Shown here: positions 53,185 through 56,039 of the stretch, one piece after another
How the letters are laid out: every line of letters begins with the position of its first letter
Numbering within the stretch: the stretch's first letter is position 1
DNA from: Candidatus Levyibacteriota bacterium
GTDB taxonomy: Bacteria > Patescibacteriota > Microgenomatia > Levybacterales > UBA12049
DNA: 56,039 nt
Reading direction: 5' to 3'
Assembly (NCBI GenBank): GCA_003173895.1
Contig: PJMG01000003.1
Span: forward strand, 1 to 56,039
The notes under the pieces: model-generated
The model's database searches: none
The model's input: only the letters and a program-made list of their open reading frames with translations
Told to the model about the DNA's origin: nothing
Program-made: the position numbers and the translations under genes

Positions 53185-55194
53185 ATGAACTTATTCAATT
53201 TAAATAAAAAGAAAGAAAATAGAGAAGGAAAAAAGAGACATTTAATTTTTACCAGATTCTTTGAACATTCTGCCAAAAAATACAATAACGAATCTAGATT
53301 GGAATCTATAGTTACAATTAGTCTCCAATATCTCCTCGCAATTTTACTTAGTATTGCTAGTACTTATTTTATTTTTTATTTTAAAACTTATTTAGGGCAA
53401 AGTATTCTGGTTATTTTCCTTTTTACTTCAGTGCTAATTAGTGGAATTATAGGAGGATTAGGGCCGGCTATACTTACCACCTTTTTATGCGCGTTAGGCA
53501 TGTTTTATCTTTTCATGCCGAGTTATCTACCTTTTAATATTCTAAATACTTATGCATCTCAGCTGATAGCATTTATCATAGAAGGGGTATTTGCAGGTTT
53601 AATACTCGAAGCTAGATTGAAAAATAACAGATCCTTAAGATCACGGGTTCAAGAGCAAGCAGTAATAGCACAACTTGGACAATATGCTTTAGCTACTAAT
53701 AATTTAACTTTACTCTTTAATAAAACCCTTAGTCTTATCTCAGAGACATTAGGTATTAAATACTGTAAAATTTTAGAACTTTTACCAGGTAAAAAATCTC
53801 TACTGCTAAAAGCAGGGATGGGATGGCAACCAGGATTGGTAGGTCATAGTATTATATCTATAAGTCCAAACTCACAGCCGGCTTTTGCCTTAAATTCTAT
53901 AGAGCCAGTAATTATAAGAGATTTAAAAAAAGAAAAGAGATTTTATCCACTGGAAATTTTAATTAGTCATGGAATAGTTAGTAGTTTAAATGTAGTAATT
54001 CCTGGTAAACGTGGACCTTATGGAATATTGGGAATAGATTCTATAAAAAGAAGGAACTTTACGCATGATGATCTCTATTTTATACAAGCAATAGCTAATA
54101 TTTTAGCCACAGCCATAGAGAAAAAATCTTCTGAGCAGGATTTAAGAGATAGTGAAATAAAATTTAAAAAACTTTTTGATTCTAATATAGTAGGTGCTTT
54201 TATCTCAGATTTTAATGGTACATTTTTAGAAGCAAATGACGCATTGCTTAATTTAATTGGATATACGCGGGAAGATTTAAAAACAGGAATAGTTCAAAGA
54301 GATCAATTAACAGCAGCTAATTATGAATATTTAAGCGAAAAAGCAGTACATGATCTAAAGACTAAAGGTAAATCAGATATATATGAAAAAGAGTATATAA
54401 CTAAAAGCGGTAATAAAATTCCTGTTTTGATTGCAGTAAGTCGGATTGATGCTAAAAATAATACCTGTGTAGGTTTTGTTTTAGATATCTCTAAACAAAA
54501 AGAAATTGAAAAGAGAAAAGATGAGTTCATTAGTATAGCCAGTCATGAACTTAAAACACCTGTTACCACTCTAAAAATTCTTACACAGTTCTTAAAACAA
54601 AAAGCTAAAGTTAAAAATGAAAGTGAACAGCTGAAATACTTGGATAAAATGGATAACCAAGTAGATAAGCTTACAGATTTAATTAGTGATTTACTAGATC
54701 TTACTAAGATTCAGGCAGGTAAACTAGAGTTGCATAAAAAAATATTTAATTTAAATGATTTAGTTAAAGAAATATCAGAAGATATACAAGCTTTAACAAC
54801 TACTCATAAAATAGTAGTTAAAGCTGATTTAAAGGATGCTGTATTAGGTGATCGTGACAGAATAGGGCAGGTTATAACAAACCTTTTAACCAATGCTGTA
54901 AAATATTCACCTAAAGGTAGTGACATTATTTTAAAATCTGAAAATAAAGATGGTTTTGCCAGGGTAAGTGTAACAGATTTTGGGGCAGGAATAGATAAGG
55001 AATACCAAAAAAGTATTTTTGAACAATTTTTCAGAGTTCATAATGATGCTACTTATCCGGGATTAGGAATGGGACTTTTTATTTCTAATCAAATAATTCA
55101 AAGGCATGATGGGAAGATTTGGGTAGAAAGTGAAAAGAATAAAGGGTCTACTTTTTATTTTACTATCCCAATTCCTACTAATATTTATGAATAA
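53185..55194 (+). CDS. multi-domain sensor histidine kinase (DUF4118-like TM, GAF, PAS, HisKA, HATPase)
   Basis: H-box ASHELKTP, N box NAVKYS, DFGAGI, GLGMGL; first ATG at 53185. Confidence 0.85.
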   Translation: MNLFNLNKKKENREGKKRHLIFTRFFEHSAKKYNNESRLESIVTISLQYLLAILLSIASTYFIFYFKTYLGQSILVIFLFTSVLISGIIGGLGPAILTTFLCALGMFYLFMPSYLPFNILNTYASQLIAFIIEGVFAGLILEARLKNNRSLRSRVQEQAVIAQLGQYALATNNLTLLFNKTLSLISETLGIKYCKILELLPGKKSLLLKAGMGWQPGLVGHSIISISPNSQPAFALNSIEPVIIRDLKKEKRFYPLEILISHGIVSSLNVVIPGKRGPYGILGIDSIKRRNFTHDDLYFIQAIANILATAIEKKSSEQDLRDSEIKFKKLFDSNIVGAFISDFNGTFLEANDALLNLIGYTREDLKTGIVQRDQLTAANYEYLSEKAVHDLKTKGKSDIYEKEYITKSGNKIPVLIAVSRIDAKNNTCVGFVLDISKQKEIEKRKDEFISIASHELKTPVTTLKILTQFLKQKAKVKNESEQLKYLDKMDNQVDKLTDLISDLLDLTKIQAGKLELHKKIFNLNDLVKEISEDIQALTTTHKIVVKADLKDAVLGDRDRIGQVITNLLTNAVKYSPKGSDIILKSENKDGFARVSVTDFGAGIDKEYQKSIFEQFFRVHNDATYPGLGMGLFISNQIIQRHDGKIWVESEKNKGSTFYFTIPIPTNIYE

Positions 55195-55555
55195 TAAATT
55201 AAACACTAAAATATTACTGGTCGATGATAATCGTGATATATTAGAAGCTGTGCAACTTCTTTTAGAAGATGCTGGTTATTCAGTTTTAGCTATAGATAAT
55301 GGTGAATATGTGGAGCACCTAAATAAAAATCCTCTGCCTGATATAATCCTTTTAGATATGCTTTTGTCAGGTAAAGATGGTACTCAATTAATAACTAAAT
55401 TAAAAGCAGATCAATTGACTAAAAATATTCCTGTTATTCTAAATTCAGCACATCCTCAGGCTAAAAATATGTGGAAAGCTTCAGGAGCTGATGATTTTAT
55501 TTCTAAACCTTTTGATATAGACGAATTGTTAAATATAATAGAAAAACACTTATAA
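55187..55555 (+). CDS. single-domain response regulator (receiver only)
   Basis: ILLVDDN, ILLDMLLSG, KPF; ATG overlaps the HK stop (ATGAATAA). Confidence 0.8.
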   Translation: MNNKLNTKILLVDDNRDILEAVQLLLEDAGYSVLAIDNGEYVEHLNKNPLPDIILLDMLLSGKDGTQLITKLKADQLTKNIPVILNSAHPQAKNMWKASGADDFISKPFDIDELLNIIEKHL

Positions 55556-55629
55556 TCTTTTTATTACCACCTTTTTATACAAATTTTATCTTCCTATGTT
55601 TAAATCAAAAATTGAAAGGAGGTTAAAGT

Positions 55630-55815
55630 ATGATAGTAGATTATTCTCGAATAAATGCTAATTACTATGCTCGTAGTAGCTGGGAGAAAATATTACTAGA
55701 AACAGGAATATTATTACTCTTAAGTATTTTACTTTTCTATTATGGTATGCACTTACTAGTTAATAATAATTTTCATTTTATAGATACAGTAAGTAACTAT
55801 TTTAATTTTAGATAA
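55630..55815 (+). CDS. hypothetical small membrane protein
   Basis: 61-aa ORF with a strong AAAGGAGG SD. Confidence 0.4.
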   Translation: MIVDYSRINANYYARSSWEKILLETGILLLLSILLFYYGMHLLVNNNFHFIDTVSNYFNFR

Positions 55816-55890
55816 TTAAAAATAAAGTAGTAAATTGATTATTTATAAATATAAAATTGCATTTTTTAGTGTGTTAAATATAATTATTAA

Positions 55891-56039
55891 ATGGAGAATA
55901 AAGAAAATTTATTAAATAAAATTTCAATCGAAATAGAAAATTGTAAAATATGTAAAAAAGATAAAATTGGTAAAGCTGTAGCAGGAGAGGGAAACCCCGA
56001 TGCTAAAATAGTTTTTTTAGGAGAAGCTCCTGGTAAAAC
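55891..56039 (+). CDS. uracil-DNA glycosylase family 4, N-terminal part (continues past window)
   Basis: C..C....IGKAVAGEGNPDAKIVFLGEAPG signature. Confidence 0.75.
   Translation, partial: MENKENLLNKISIEIENCKICKKDKIGKAVAGEGNPDAKIVFLGEAPGK

Overview
This is a low-GC (about 30%) bacterial window with a compact, mostly + strand housekeeping layout: pyrF/pyrE, rpsU-ybeY-dnaX-ybaB, prs, recR, nadD-nadE, cysS, ychF, rpsF-ssb-rpsR, ctpA/htrA, murB, prmC, msrB, glycerate kinase with a split transketolase, def-fmt, rpmB and two two-component systems. The small proteins, split tkt and gene content suggest a reduced-genome (CPR/Patescibacteria-like) organism; that is inference only. I saw no rRNA, CRISPR array, transposase, integrase or recognisable defence locus.

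The unusual feature is a dense population of short structured repeats, grouped here into families A to H.
- A/A': 140-170 nt nested-hairpin elements that fill intergenic spacers, with compensatory changes between copies.
- B: GGGGTCCTG...CACCCC rod-like elements sitting just downstream of -10-like boxes.
- C: TGTCATCCTGAGCGAAGTCGAAGGATC hairpins.
- D: the 16-nt GC palindrome TCCGCCAGCTGGCGGA.
- E: AT-rich palindromes.
- F: a G-rich 20-mer.
- G: inverted repeats flanking a decayed GIY-YIG ORF.
- H: GC hairpins.

Many copies sit in frame inside conserved genes (ychF, cysS, murB, dnaX, recR, ssb, tktC and others) without breaking the ORF, much like Rickettsia palindromic elements. Other notable items are a tRNA-like gene with a Trp-type anticodon loop and a 43-nt extra arm, widespread leaderless-type promoter geometry, and perfect 32-nt inverted repeats flanking dnaX. 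All coordinates were counted by hand, so repeat ends are good to about +/-2 nt.
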